Source of the DNA: Kiritimatiellia bacterium
GTDB taxonomy: Bacteria > Verrucomicrobiota > Kiritimatiellia > RFP12 > UBA1067
NCBI GenBank assembly: GCA_050949565.1
Contig: JBMNFY010000010.1
Coordinates: 288,001 to 352,000, forward strand
DNA: 64,000 bases
Direction: 5' to 3'
Position 1 is the first letter of the stretch; each line of letters starts with the position of its first letter. Positions 1 to 11,313 of this stretch are shown in pieces. The position numbers were made by a program, and so were the translations under genes. The notes under the pieces are model-generated. The model worked only from the letters and a program-made list of their open reading frames with translations, searched no databases and was not told the origin of the DNA.

Positions 1-2434
1 TGTCAACATAATCCGTTATGTTCCCGTTGGCATCGTAACACGGGAAAAATGTGCCGTCAGAGCGGATGACCGCCAGCAACCCGCCGACACCGCCCGCGCC
101 TTGCAATGTGCCGGACACGTCCGGCCCCCAAAGGTAGCGGGTCACGTTCGTGGTGCCGGTCTGCGCGTCAACCACCACCTCGGCGGTCAGGTTCCAGCCG
201 TCATAGATGAAGGTGCGGGTCTCGATGGCGTCCCATGTGCCCGGCTGCAAGGGGTTGAACGGATAGTCCGCGCCGCGTCCGCTCAACTGCTTCTTGATCT
301 TCGCGACGCGCAAATTCTTGTGGTTGTAGACGTACTCCAGCCTGACTGCGCCGTTGGTGGCGAACCCGGCGGGTTGGGAACTGGTCAGCCGGTTTTCCGC
401 GTCCCATGTGTGATACCACTCTCCGAGGTACGTCATGTTGCCGTCAGCATCATACGCCACGGCAATGGGAGGCGTGACGGCGGTGTACTGGTTGAGGCGG
501 TTGGCAGTGTAGGTGTTGGTCAGGGCATTTACCGCCGACCAGACGCGGTTGCCGATGGCATCATAAGCGTAGTCGTAGTTGTTTGTGCCGATGACCGCAC
601 CAGTGACTTCCGAACGCGCGTTGTAGCCGAAGGTGTCGGCATTGCGGGAAATGCGCCGCCCGGCGGCGTCGTTGGCGTAGTCGTAGGCAGAGATCAAGAC
701 AGGATTGACATGGTTAACATGATTGGAGACGGCGGATATGAGGTTGCGGTTCTGCTCGTATGTGCGTTGCCACCAGAACCCGGCGGAATTGGTCATCGAG
801 GCGACAAGATCAGTCCCGGGGAGGCAGGAGTAGTTAACCACGGAACACACAGAACACACGGAAGAGGAGACGCTGTGGAAACGGCCGAAGTCGTCGTAGC
901 CGTACGATACGGCGTAATCGCCGTTGAGGGCGAATCCCGTCTGTCGGCCGAATGCGTCGTAAGACCGCGTGATTGCAACGCCGTCTTGAATCTCACCGAC
1001 AAGGTCAAGCCCTGCATACTCAAAGAGATGTGATGATACCGCCGTTATGGCCGAGACCATGCGCCCGAGACGGTCATAGGCGAAGGAGATGTCGGGCGTG
1101 TTGCCGCTGTAATGGACATTGGTCAATTGCCCTAATGCGTCGTAGGCATAACTGGTTGTGACGCCACGCGACCAGACGCGGGTTGCAAGACGCCCGCCTT
1201 CTGTGTAAGTGTAACGGACGCGCGCCCCATCGGCGTACACCTTGTTTGTGAGTAACCCGGTGGCGGCGTCGTAACGCCATCGTGTTACGTCGAGGGAGGA
1301 GTTAGGATTTAGGATTGAGGAGTTGGTGACCGACGCGAAATCGAACGTGTCGTCGCGCGTGGTGGCCATGGCGATTCTGCGGCCTCGTGTGTCGTATTCA
1401 TAGGCGACCGGATACACCGCGCCCCACTGCGCGGTGACGTTGCCCGCGCGGTCGTAGGCGGTGAAGACTGTATTGGTCAGTGCGTCGGTGATCTCTGTGC
1501 GCCGCCCGAGCCCGTCATACGCATACGACGTGCGGTTGGATGCCGCATCTTCGGTGTAGGCGACCTGACCGAGATCATTGTAGGCGGTCAAAGTCGTATT
1601 GGTGCGCCCGTCGGTGGCGGAGACCTGCCGCCCGAAGCCGTCGAATGTGTAGGTGTTCGTCACAGCCGTGGAGGATACCACGGACACGATGCGACCGGCG
1701 ACCGTTTTCTGGATCGCGGGCTGGACCGAGCCGGGCGTCTCCGTCACCGTCCAGACAGCCGCCGCCCCCGCGTCGGTGTAGGACGAAACGCGGGTGACGT
1801 TGCCGTGCCGGTCGAGCGTCTCGGTCTGCGCGGTGAGGATCGCGCCGCCGGACAGTCCGAGCGCGGCCGGCGCGGGTGTGCCGAGTCCGGTCAGGCGGAC
1901 GCGGGTCACGGACGATGTGATGCATGCGGCGGAGTTCGTTTCCGCCCATACGGCTTGCGAGGTCACGCGCCACCAGATGTTGGAGGCGTCCTGCCCGTAG
2001 GTTTCGTGCGTGGCGGTGATGCGGTCGGGACCCGCATAGGATATCTGGCCGTCGCCGTCGACGTCGATGGCGGTGCGGGCGGGGACGCCCGCGCTTCCGA
2101 CTTCGTACTCGTAGAGCGTGTCGGGCGAGCCGGTGCGGGAGACGCGGATCAGGCGGGATGATGCGCTGTCGTAGAAGTTGGAGGTGACGCCGAGCGGCGT
2201 GACTACGGACACGGCGCGTCCGAGGTGGTCGTAGGTCGTGACGGCGTTGGTGACTGCCGGGCCGTCCGAGGGCATCGTGACGACGGTCTCGACGCGGCGG
2301 CCCTGGGCGTCGAAGGCGTCGGAGCGGATTCCGGTTGTCCGCTTGCCGTCCCAAAGCCTTTCGGTGATGGTCGCGCCGCCGCGATAGCGGGTGGTGATAC
2401 AGAGCCAAACAGTGTTGCTAGAGCATTTATTCAT
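1..2434 (-). CDS. Orphan Rhs/YD-repeat protein, 3' end (toxin tip) outside window
   Basis: Reads MNKCSSNTVWLCITTRYRGGATITERLWDG from ATG 2434; same frame at position 61 gives SDGTFFPCYDANGNITDYVD. YD repeats; nt ~1-680 closely match 4531-5210 of the upstream Rhs. Not in the ORF track because it runs off the window; I checked the frame at both ends, not every codon. Confidence 0.85.
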   Translation of the reverse strand, partial: MNKCSSNTVWLCITTRYRGGATITERLWDGKRTTGIRSDAFDAQGRRVETVVTMPSDGPAVTNAVTTYDHLGRAVSVVTPLGVTSNFYDSASSRLIRVSRTGSPDTLYEYEVGSAGVPARTAIDVDGDGQISYAGPDRITATHETYGQDASNIWWRVTSQAVWAETNSAACITSSVTRVRLTGLGTPAPAALGLSGGAILTAQTETLDRHGNVTRVSSYTDAGAAAVWTVTETPGSVQPAIQKTVAGRIVSVVSSTAVTNTYTFDGFGRQVSATDGRTNTTLTAYNDLGQVAYTEDAASNRTSYAYDGLGRRTEITDALTNTVFTAYDRAGNVTAQWGAVYPVAYEYDTRGRRIAMATTRDDTFDFASVTNSSILNPNSSLDVTRWRYDAATGLLTNKVYADGARVRYTYTEGGRLATRVWSRGVTTSYAYDALGQLTNVHYSGNTPDISFAYDRLGRMVSAITAVSSHLFEYAGLDLVGEIQDGVAITRSYDAFGRQTGFALNGDYAVSYGYDDFGRFHSVSSSVCSVCSVVNYSCLPGTDLVASMTNSAGFWWQRTYEQNRNLISAVSNHVNHVNPVLISAYDYANDAAGRRISRNADTFGYNARSEVTGAVIGTNNYDYAYDAIGNRVWSAVNALTNTYTANRLNQYTAVTPPIAVAYDADGNMTYLGEWYHTWDAENRLTSSQPAGFATNGAVRLEYVYNHKNLRVAKIKKQLSGRGADYPFNPLQPGTWDAIETRTFIYDGWNLTAEVVVDAQTGTTNVTRYLWGPDVSGTLQGAGGVGGLLAVIRSDGTFFPCYDANGNITDYVD

Positions 2435-2491
2435 TCGTTTTACGAGTTTACTTGTTATTCTCGAAATGCTTACCAGTTTGTTGCCAGCGGT

Positions 2492-3199
2492 TCATCGTTG
2501 AAGCACTCTTGATTCCAATTGTTCAATGGATATCGTTCTTTTCGCACGAAACATTATGCGCGTCCACTCCGTTTCAAATGTCTTCGCGTACGAAGCCAAA
2601 ACAGCGTCTTTGCACGGTGATTTTGGTGGGCAAATAACAAAACGGAGTATCGCTTTAATCATGACCTCCCTTCCTGGAAGAAGAAGTGAGACATCATTCC
2701 AGAATGGAGATTCCGCGAGTGGGTCATCCATTACTTTTTTCAACAGATCATCCGTCCATCCGGGAATGTTTTCCCAGACCGCATCGTCTAGTGTGATGGG
2801 AATTGAAAGTGCCCCGCCAGACGGAATACAGTGCAGGTCCTGTAAATTCCGATACCAAACGCCTTCACGCTTCTTTAGATGGTAAACCTCGTTATTGGCA
2901 AACTTGATCTCTAATTCAATATCATAGTAACCTATCTCAAACTCTTCATCACATATAAAAATGTCATCACGCGTCCTGTTCCTAATTACGAGCAGACAAT
3001 CAACATAATCGAGCGCATTTGACGATAAACGGCTTTGTTTTTTGATGAAAGCGTCCTTATAGGCTTCGTAAGGTTCTGCTTGGAGACTGGTCCCTCGATT
3101 ATGTTCGGAAATAAAGACCTCGATCTCATTCACGGCCCGGCATCCCGTAAGACACAGCAAAATGTAAACAACAAAGAGTTTGTCGCATAGATCACGCAT
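2492..3199 (-). CDS. Putative lipoprotein immunity protein (orphan)
   Basis: 235 aa, AT-rich, hydrophobic N-terminus with lipobox LTGC; sits in an Rhs cassette array. Confidence 0.65.
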   Translation of the reverse strand: MRDLCDKLFVVYILLCLTGCRAVNEIEVFISEHNRGTSLQAEPYEAYKDAFIKKQSRLSSNALDYVDCLLVIRNRTRDDIFICDEEFEIGYYDIELEIKFANNEVYHLKKREGVWYRNLQDLHCIPSGGALSIPITLDDAVWENIPGWTDDLLKKVMDDPLAESPFWNDVSLLLPGREVMIKAILRFVICPPKSPCKDAVLASYAKTFETEWTRIMFRAKRTISIEQLESRVLQR

Positions 3200-3214
3200 G
3201 ATTAGAAGTTCCCT

Positions 3215-3352
3215 TCAACTGTTAACGTTTGACATCCGAGTATGGCTTTGAAAAAAACCTTTGGGATGCCCTTGCGAATCATACCGCTCACATGCAGATA
3301 GCAACAATAGCGCAACTACAAGGATAAAAACGACAATTTTCTTATTTCCCAT
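3215..3352 (-). pseudogene. Truncated lipoprotein fragment overlapping a toxin-tail remnant
   Basis: AAGGAG RBS then MGNKKIVVFILVVALLLLSACERYDSQGHPKGFFQSHTRMSNVNS* (45 aa, lipobox LSAC). Another frame gives FFKAILGCQTLTVEGNF* ending just before ATG 3199. Confidence 0.5.
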
Positions 3353-3770
3353 CGATTTTCTCCTTATTTGCATTTAATAAAAGAGTCCCTTCCCTTTTCA
3401 TATCATCTTTTGTCCCCCAGCGTTTATCCTTTCCGGCACTGTACACGCCTACAAATATGCCGTCATCTCTTTTATCTATCACATATTTCACTGCCGTTTT
3501 GTAAACATCGAATATCTCATTTGTTGTAACATCAATTTGTGGGCGTTTTTGTAACAAGAACGAGTGTAGTGACCCATCGATTGGCGGGGATGTCGACAGA
3601 TATTCGCCAATAGCGTTCTGGATAATGGCAAGTTTTGAACGGTTCAGTCTTGTACGAATCGGGTTCCGGAACCGGAGCCCTGCCGACACGACTATAACGG
3701 TTGCAAGGGATAACACAGCAAGTAATACAAGGGTGGTTTTGGTTGTTTCGGTTTCCTTGAAGCTCATCAT
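3342..3770 (-). CDS. Putative cognate immunity protein with GspG/pseudopilin-like motifs
   Basis: Directly after the Rhs stop; one N-terminal TM helix, LAIIQNAIGEY, DVYKTAVKY, YSAGKDKRWGTKDD. Confidence 0.6.
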   Translation of the reverse strand: MMSFKETETTKTTLVLLAVLSLATVIVVSAGLRFRNPIRTRLNRSKLAIIQNAIGEYLSTSPPIDGSLHSFLLQKRPQIDVTTNEIFDVYKTAVKYVIDKRDDGIFVGVYSAGKDKRWGTKDDMKREGTLLLNANKEKIDGK

Positions 3771-3786
3771 TTCAGCCCTCTCGATT

Positions 3787-6700
3787 TCAGTCAATCCAAT
3801 AGAACATAGTACTAACCACGGTGCGAAAACCGCTGAGGCAGCACTTGTCTACAGCCTCTTGAACATCTCCTTGACAATTCCATCCCCTGTGGCGTTGTTT
3901 TGCCCTTAGGCACTCTAAGATATCGCTTTCGGTTGCGCACTTGCATTTCAAACCTGCTTTCCCGTATCGCAGAGTACCCGAAGAACGGATACTTAATGGA
4001 TAAACAGTGCTTACAAACTTGTTATCTGGTCTCCATCGGTTTGGCCCTCCGCCAGCCCCCACATAAACAACCGTTCCGTTATATGTTATGTCGACGTGAT
4101 ATACTCCTAAAAGATTAAGCACTTTTGCTTCCAGCATGTCAGGGTCAATTTCGTCAGCTATAACCGCGAATCCAACCTCTGGAATTGAAACGGGTAAAGG
4201 AGGCGGCGGCTTGGGCAAACACATGTTAGCAGACCAACTCCAATAAAAGCCTTCTGGGCAGAGCCCCAAATAATCCCACTTGTTTATAGGGTCATTTTTC
4301 ACAAATCCGTATAATTTTAAGTCACCGCGTTCCCCGATCGGGTCTCTGCTCAGCCAGCAGCCTAACTTCGGCGCGTAATGTCTGTAGCCGTAATAATAGG
4401 AGCGGGTCTCTTCGTCCCAGTACTTCGTGGAGAAGCGGAACTTGAAAGTGTGGACGAGGTCGCCCCACATGGCTATGGTGTTGCCGAACGCATCGTATTC
4501 GAAGTGTCCACGCACGGTGCCGTTACCGTCAACGTAATCCGTTATGTTCCCGTTGGCATCGTAGCACGGGAAAAATGTGCCGTCAGAGCGGATGACCGCC
4601 AGCAATCCGCCGACACCGCCCGCGCCTTGCAATGTGCCGGACACGTCCGGCCCCCAGAGGTAGCGGGTCACGTTCGTGGTTCCGGCCTGCGCGTCAACAA
4701 CCACCTCAGCGGTCAGGTTCCAGCCGTCATAGATAAAGGTGCGGGTTTCCACAACATCCCACGTTCCCCCCTGCGACGGGTCGAACGGATAGCCCGCGCC
4801 GCGTCCGGTCAGGACCTCCACGCGCTTTTGGATCCGGCGGTGCCTGTGGTCGTAGCTGTTGACAACCCTGACCGCACCGTTTGTAGAGCCGACCCAACCC
4901 GGCTCGGAATGCACCAAGCGGTTCTCTGCGTCCCAAGTGTGCCACATCCTCCCGTCCCAACGCATGTTGCCGTCGGCGTCGTAAACGGGGGACACCGAAC
5001 CGGCGGCGGTGTACTGGTTAAGGGCGTTAGCCGTGTAGGTGTTGGTCAGGGTATTCACCGCCGACCAGACGCGGTTGCCGATGGCGTCGTACGCATAGCC
5101 GTAGTTGTTTGTGCCGATGACCGCACCAGTGACTTCCGAACGCGCGTTGTAGCCGAAGCTGTCGGCGTTGCGGGAAACGCGCCGTCCGGCGGCGTCGTTG
5201 GCGTACGCGAAAACCGAGACAGGCGATCCGGCCCACAAGTTGGAGACCGCCGTTATGAGGTTGCGGGCGGGCTCGTACGCGACCGACCGCCCAAGTCCCG
5301 CCGTGCCGGTCATACCAGAGACCATGGCCGTGCCGGGCAGATAGGAGAAACCGAAGGCGAGCGCGGGCACCGCAGAAGAAACAGAGGCGACGCGCCCGAA
5401 TTCGTCATACCCATAAAAGACGGTGAACGTTTCCGCGCTGTAAACGGGCAATGCCTGACTGAAAGAGGACAACCGGCCTACACCGTCGTATTGCCGTTCG
5501 GACGTGTCCAGCGCGTTGGTCTCGGCGGTGACGCGCCCGCGCGCGTCGTAAGCGAAAGAGCGTGTGCCGGTGCCGTCGACGACTTCGGCCAGCCGTCCGG
5601 CGAGGTCGTAGCGGTTGGTCACGTTAGGCGTCGGGCCGGAGTACAGGACGGTCTGTATGCGCCCGTCCGGGGTGTCGCTGTATCCATGCGTGGCGGTCAC
5701 GCCGCGCGCCCATGTGCGCCGCGATAGCCTGCCGTCCGGGGTGTAGGCGTATGACGGCCCCAGCCCGTCGGCGTAGACCTTGTTGGTCACAAGCCCCGAC
5801 GCCGAGTCATAACGCCAGCGCGTGACGTCGGGCGGGCCGCCCTCGTCGCGCCATGTGTGCAGTTCCGTCCGGTTGCCGTCGGCGTCCCGCACCGTCGTGT
5901 GCGGGTATGCCGCGCCCCCGGAGCGGTAGGGCGTGCCGTCGCCGGAGTAGTGGTTGGTCGTCACGTTGCCGAGCGGGCCGGTGACGGTGACCCGATAGGC
6001 GGTGCCGGGCGAGCCGGTGTATTGGCGCGGCGAATATGCGGTCGCGTTGGTCACGCCGCCGCAGATTTCGGCGGTGTGCGCGACCGTGCCGTCGGCGTGG
6101 TATCCGGTCACGGTCTGGAGGACGCGATCCCCCGCGCTTTGCGTGACCGCCGTCTGCCGCCCGAAGCCGTCGTAGCGGTACGCGAAGGCCGCGCCCAGCG
6201 CGTTCGTGCGGGCTGTCTCGCGTCCGGCGGTGAAGACCGAGGTCTCGGCGCTCAGGGTGGCGGTGTTGAGGCGCGTCACGGTTTTCCGCGCATGGGCGGC
6301 GTCCAGCGCCTCGGTCGTGATTACGGTCACGCCGTCCGCATCGGTCGCCACCGTGCGGGCGGTGCAGGCGGGCGACAGCCCGGTGAGCTGCACGCGGGTG
6401 ACGGATGCTGTTGCCGCGCCTTGGCCGGGGATGCGCGAGACAACGGCGGAGCAGTCCCACCATGCCGTCGGTACGCCGTGGACGGAAAGCCCGAGGTCGG
6501 ATTCCTCCATCCACGACGGCGTCTCTTCGATGGCGTACTTATCCAACGCGGCCACGCCCTCCGGCGTGAAGTCCAGCGGGTCGAAATCAAGCGTCTGCCC
6601 CGCGCCGATCCGCATGGTTCCGGCAAGTTCGCCGAATCCGCCGTAGGCATAGGCGGACGCCGAGCCGTCGGGGTTGCGCGTGAACGCCAGCCGCCCGGCC

Positions 6701-9700
6701 GCGTTGTACGCGTTGGACGTGACCAGCATCGCGCCGCCGTGCCCGGCGCGCTCCGTCACGACCGCGCGCCCGAGGAAGTCCTTGCGCGTGACCGACTCGG
6801 TCGCCCACGGGCCGTTGTTGCGGCTGACCGAGACCGTGACCGTCTCGCGCCCGTCGGCGTCCCACGACGTTTCCGTTTTCACGATGCGTGAAAGCTCTTC
6901 GCCGCTGGCGGGGTCGGTCCAGCGTTCTTCTTCCACCGTCGCGCCGCCGCGATAGCGGTGGACGATGCCGGTGACGCCTGCGGAGGCGGTCCAGTCGGCC
7001 TCGTAATACGTGCAGAGATAGGGGGCCGAGACCGTCTGGACGCCGAGGGGGTCGGTAGTGACGCGGTGGTCGCAGACGCCGTGAGGGTAGGCGGTGCGGG
7101 TTTCGAGGGGGGCGGAGGCGGGGTCGCGCGCGCCGTTCTTCCAGACGCAGCGGACGGTGTTGGTGACGCGCCCGAAGCCGTCGCGGAAGGTCTCGGTGAC
7201 GGGGTGCGCGCCGCCCGCGCCGGGAAGGCTGCCGGCTGAGGTCTCGGCCTCGGCGGACCAGCCGGGCACGCCGGGGATATGCCAGTGCTCGGTCACGGCT
7301 CCGTCTCTTGAGCGCACGGCGGCGAGGCGGCAGCAGTCGTAGAGGTTGGTGAGGGCGGTGCCGTCGGAGAACTCGGTGCGCAGCAGACGGCCCTTCTCGT
7401 CGTAGGCGGAGGCCTCCCAGGCGAGGGGGCTGTCCGTCGCGGCGTGGCGCGTCTCGCGCAGGAGCAGGCGGCCGTGGGCGGCGTCGGTGATCCTGACCTC
7501 GGCCAGCGGCGAGGCGGAGGAGGCGGAGACGGCGCGGATGAAGGCGCCGCTAGGGTCCGCAGTGAAGGCGCGGGCGGCGGGGTCGTAGCCGCCGGGCGTG
7601 TAGGCGTGGCTATTGGTGACGCCGTCGCCGGTGATTTCGAGGAGCGGCAGATTGCGGAAGGCGTCGGGGACGCCCATGTCGGCGTAGCGCACGTCCAGCG
7701 ATGTCTGCCCGTCGCCGGGGACGCCCGGCGGCGGGAGGCGGGTGGTCGCGGCGGCGACGGCGGGGAGGCCGTTGGTCTCGAAGCGCGTGAGGACGCGGGC
7801 GAGGGCGGCGACGGGGAGCGCGCCGGAGGCGGGATCGCGGAGGACGAAGACGGATTCGGCGCGGGGGATATGGGCGTCGGCGGGGTCGGCGCTGTCGGCG
7901 GGGTCGGCCGGCGCGTAGGCATAGAGCGTGAGGGTGCAGGGCGGGGGCCAGAAGGGCAGGTCCGCCAGCGCTTCGGCCGGTATGCCGTCCGGCCGGGCGG
8001 CGGCGAAGGCGTCGAGGGCCTGGATCTGAGTCCTCGGACGGCTCGTAGGAGCCGTCGAGCTGGTCGAGGGCGAGGACCGGCGCGGCCCCGGGCGTCGCGG
8101 GCGGTGTAGCGCCACGGGCGGTCGCTGCCGGCGGCGAAGCGGGGCGTGCCGTTGCGGGCGGGGTTGGCGCCGTCCTCGTGGTAGGAGGCCCGGGAGGTGC
8201 GGGGGTTGCTGTCGCTGTAGGCGCCGCACTCTTCGCGGTAGACCTCGCGCAGGACGGCTGACGGGCCGATGCCGATGCGCTTGGAGACGGTGACGGTCCG
8301 CGAGAGTTCGCGGGCGGCGTCCGAGACGCTGCGGGTCTCGGTGAGGGTGGCCTCGGGGGCGTTGAGCCGGTCCTCGCGGGCCAGGGTCTCGGTGAGCCCC
8401 GTGAGGTTGTCGGTGCGGGCCGAGACGCCGGGCGTCGAGAGGACGTAGGTCATGTCGCGGATGACGTTGCCCGCCTCTTCGCGGGTGACGCGGATGCGCG
8501 CGGTGTCGCCGCCGGGGTTGGCGAGCGTCCAGGTGTAGGGGTCGGCGCCGGGGTCGGTCACGGTGAGGGCGACGCCGTGCGGGACCGGAGTGACGGTGAC
8601 GCTGCGCCAGGGGGTGGCGAGCGACGCGACGCCGTGGGCGTTGCTGGAAACGGTGAGCGTGTCCGCGAACCACGGCGAGGGCAGGACGTTCAGGGCGGCG
8701 GGGGAGAGGGCGGCCGGGGCGTCGGCCCGGAGCCAGACGAAGCCGGCGGCGCGGCCTTTGGCGGGGCGTCCCAGGGGGATGCGGAACTGGAAGGAGCCGT
8801 GGCTGTCGCCCTCGGTCTCGTCCTCCGCGCAGTCGCCGGAGGCGCAGGCGTCCCCGCAGCCGCCGCACTCGGGGCCGGAGAGGAGCTCGCGGCCGGATTC
8901 GATGCCGCAGTCGTGGTCGTGGGGCGGGACTTCGCCCTGCCAGACGGCGACGCCGTTGACGTAGAGCGTGTTGCCGCCGGTCTGGAAGGCGTAGGGGCAG
9001 TCGTCCGGCAGTCCGGCGTCGAGCGTCAGGACGCAGTTGCAGGCGCCGCTCTGATGGGTCGTCCAGTCCCGCCAGAGGCAGCCGCTGTCCAGGGGGTATT
9101 CGCAGGGCCGGCTGTAGTGCTTTTCGGCCTCGGCGCTGTAGGCGAGCCCGCCGCAGTGATCGCCGGACCAGCGGAGGGAGGGCGCGGCGATGACGAAGTC
9201 GACGGGGGGCGCGCCGCGCGCCGCGGGCGGGAGGAGCGTGAAGGCGGCGGGCGGGAGCGGGTAGACGCCGGGGCGGGCGGCCGCGAGGGTCGAGGCGCCG
9301 GCGTCGAAGGCGAGCCCCTCGACGCCGGTGAAGGGCGCGGCGGCCGCGAGTTCCAGATCATCCGGCGGGGCGCGGTGCGGGCGGGCGGCGCGGTTGACGG
9401 CGACGGGGATGGCCGGGGGGGACCCGGGGGCGATGACCGGCAGTCCGGCGGCGTCCACGGCCGTGGGGAACGAGACCCCGGGCGTCCAGGCGAGCAGGTA
9501 GAGGGGCTGCCGGTTGGCGGCGGGGGCGGAGGGGGAGGCGGCGCGCAGGCGGAGGGTGAAGTCGCCGGGCTGCGCGGGGAGCGGGAGGCGCAGGGAGTCG
9601 TCCGGCGGGAAGGCCGTGAACACGCCGCCGGTCGTGCCGCCGCTCCACTCGAGGGCGGCGCCTTCGAGGCGGACGGGGGCCGCGCGGTCGGGGGCGGAGG

Positions 9701-11147
9701 AGAGGAAGGCCTGGAAGGCGCTGCTCGCCCGCCTGAACGTGAAGGTGCGTTCCCAGATCAGGTTGGTGAGGCCGCTCCTCCCCGTCGTGACGGTGAAGGG
9801 CGGCGCGAGGAGGGCGGCGGCGAGGGTGTTGGAGAGGGAGGGGGCGGGGATGAAGAAGAGTCCGGCGGCGGCGGGGTCGGCGCCGGCGAGGAGGGCCGCG
9901 CCGTGCGTGAAGCCGGAGGGGGAGATGTCCGAGGCCGAGTGGGCGACGCCGGTGGCGCCGTAGCGGAAGATCTCCCAGGCGTCGGGCAGGCCGTCGCCGT
10001 CGAGGTCGGCGGCGGGGGTCGGGGCGCGCGGGTCGGGGTCGGAGCCGTCGCAGAGGCCGTCGCCGTCGGTGTCGCGCGTGAGCGGGCAGGTGCCGAGGGC
10101 GGTCTCAGCGCCGTCGGACAGCCCGTCGAGGTCGGTGTCGGCCATGGAGGGGTCGGTGCCGTGGATGAACAGCTCGTCGTGGGTGGAGAGGCCGTCGCCG
10201 TCGTGGTCGCTGACATCGGGGTCGAGCATGCCGAAGGCGCGCCAGCGCAGTTCGAGGCCGTCGGCGGGGGCGGCGGGGTCGTTCCGGGCGAAGGCCTCGC
10301 CGCCGCCGTTGTGCCGGGCGCCGATGAAGAGGTTGGTGAAGGCGTGGCCGCCCGAGCGGAGCGCGGAATTGGAGGGCACGCTGTAGCGGAAGGCGAAGTC
10401 GCCGTTTTTGAAGAGTTCGGACTGGAAGGAGACCGGGCAGTTGGTGTCGCGCCCGGCGTAGAGGTTCTCCCAGGTCAGCAGCAGGCTGTTCGAGGCGGTC
10501 AGGGCGTGCCAGAAGCGCCCCTGCGGCGGCACGGTGCCGAAGCTGCCGTGCAGCGGCGCGAGCAGGCTGGCGTTCTCGGGCACGGAGGAGGGGGAAGGCG
10601 TGGATAACGGGTTCTGGAACGACACCAGCCCGGAACTCGACACGTAAAGGCCGTCGACCTGGTTGGTGCCGAGGGTGAAGGACCAGCCGTTTGTCCGCAG
10701 CCAGAAGATGTCCTCGGCCACGCCGTACACGGTCCACGGCGCGTGGACCACGGCGTTGGAGGGCGCGGTGCGCCAGGCTGCGGGGTTGGTCGCGGCGGAG
10801 ATCCGGGCGAAGCCGGCGGCGTACTGGGCGGGGGTGAGCGCACCGGCGCGGGGCGCGCCGGTGCGGTCGTTCAAAGGTTCAAGACGTTCAAGAGGTTCAA
10901 GCGGGACGGCGGAGGTGGCGGCGGCGGGGACGGGCTCCGGGGCGCCGGCCGGGACCTTGCGCTTGGAACCGCCGCTGACACAGCACGCGATAAGAAAAAT
11001 CGCGATGAACACTTGGCCGAAGCGGGACTGGGCGAGGAAGCGACGCATGAGCATGCCGACAACGCCGCCGCCGGTCTCGTATGCGCGGGCGATGAACCAG
11101 AGCACGAAAGCGATGCCCAGGAAAATGAAAAGCATGTTGGGTGTCAT
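3787..11147 (-). CDS. Giant Rhs toxin (~2450 aa): N-terminal TM helices, NIDO-like region, TSP3-type DxDGDG repeats, YD repeats, Rhs core, C-terminal toxin; two frameshifts at ~8030-8085
   Basis: ORF 7293-11147 is sensible up to RDARGR and ORF 3787-8868 from QIQALDAF onward; the third frame bridges them (PVLALDQLDGSYEPSED). DHDGDG/DTDGDG/DLDGDG repeats; Rhs core FSTKYWD..YYYGYRHY..DPIGE; cleavage motif DPINKWDYLGL. Confidence 0.85.
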
Positions 11148-11173
11148 ATTCGCGTCTTTCCGGCTACTTTAAC

Positions 11174-11308
11174 GGTGTTCTTGCAAGCCCCTCGTGGCAT
11201 GGGCGTCCCGCCCATGAACACGGGCAAGATGCCCGTGCCACTCACGCCCATGAACACGGGCAGGATGCCCGTGCCACGCCTGCAAACGAGAAGTTCTGCA
11301 AAAGCCTC
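11174..11308. mobile_element. Degenerate REP-containing MITE with internal duplication
   Basis: Ends ggtgttcttgcaagcccc ... ttctgcaaaagcctc resemble the TIR of the IS at 16516; core gtggcatgggcgtcccgcccatgaacacgggcaagatgcccgtgccac, second half duplicated. Confidence 0.7.
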
Positions 11309-11313
11309 TCCTG

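Noticed and set aside
8025-8090. Programmed ribosomal frameshift in Rhs
   Set aside because: Two separate shifts are needed and there is no slippery heptamer; indel error or decay is simpler
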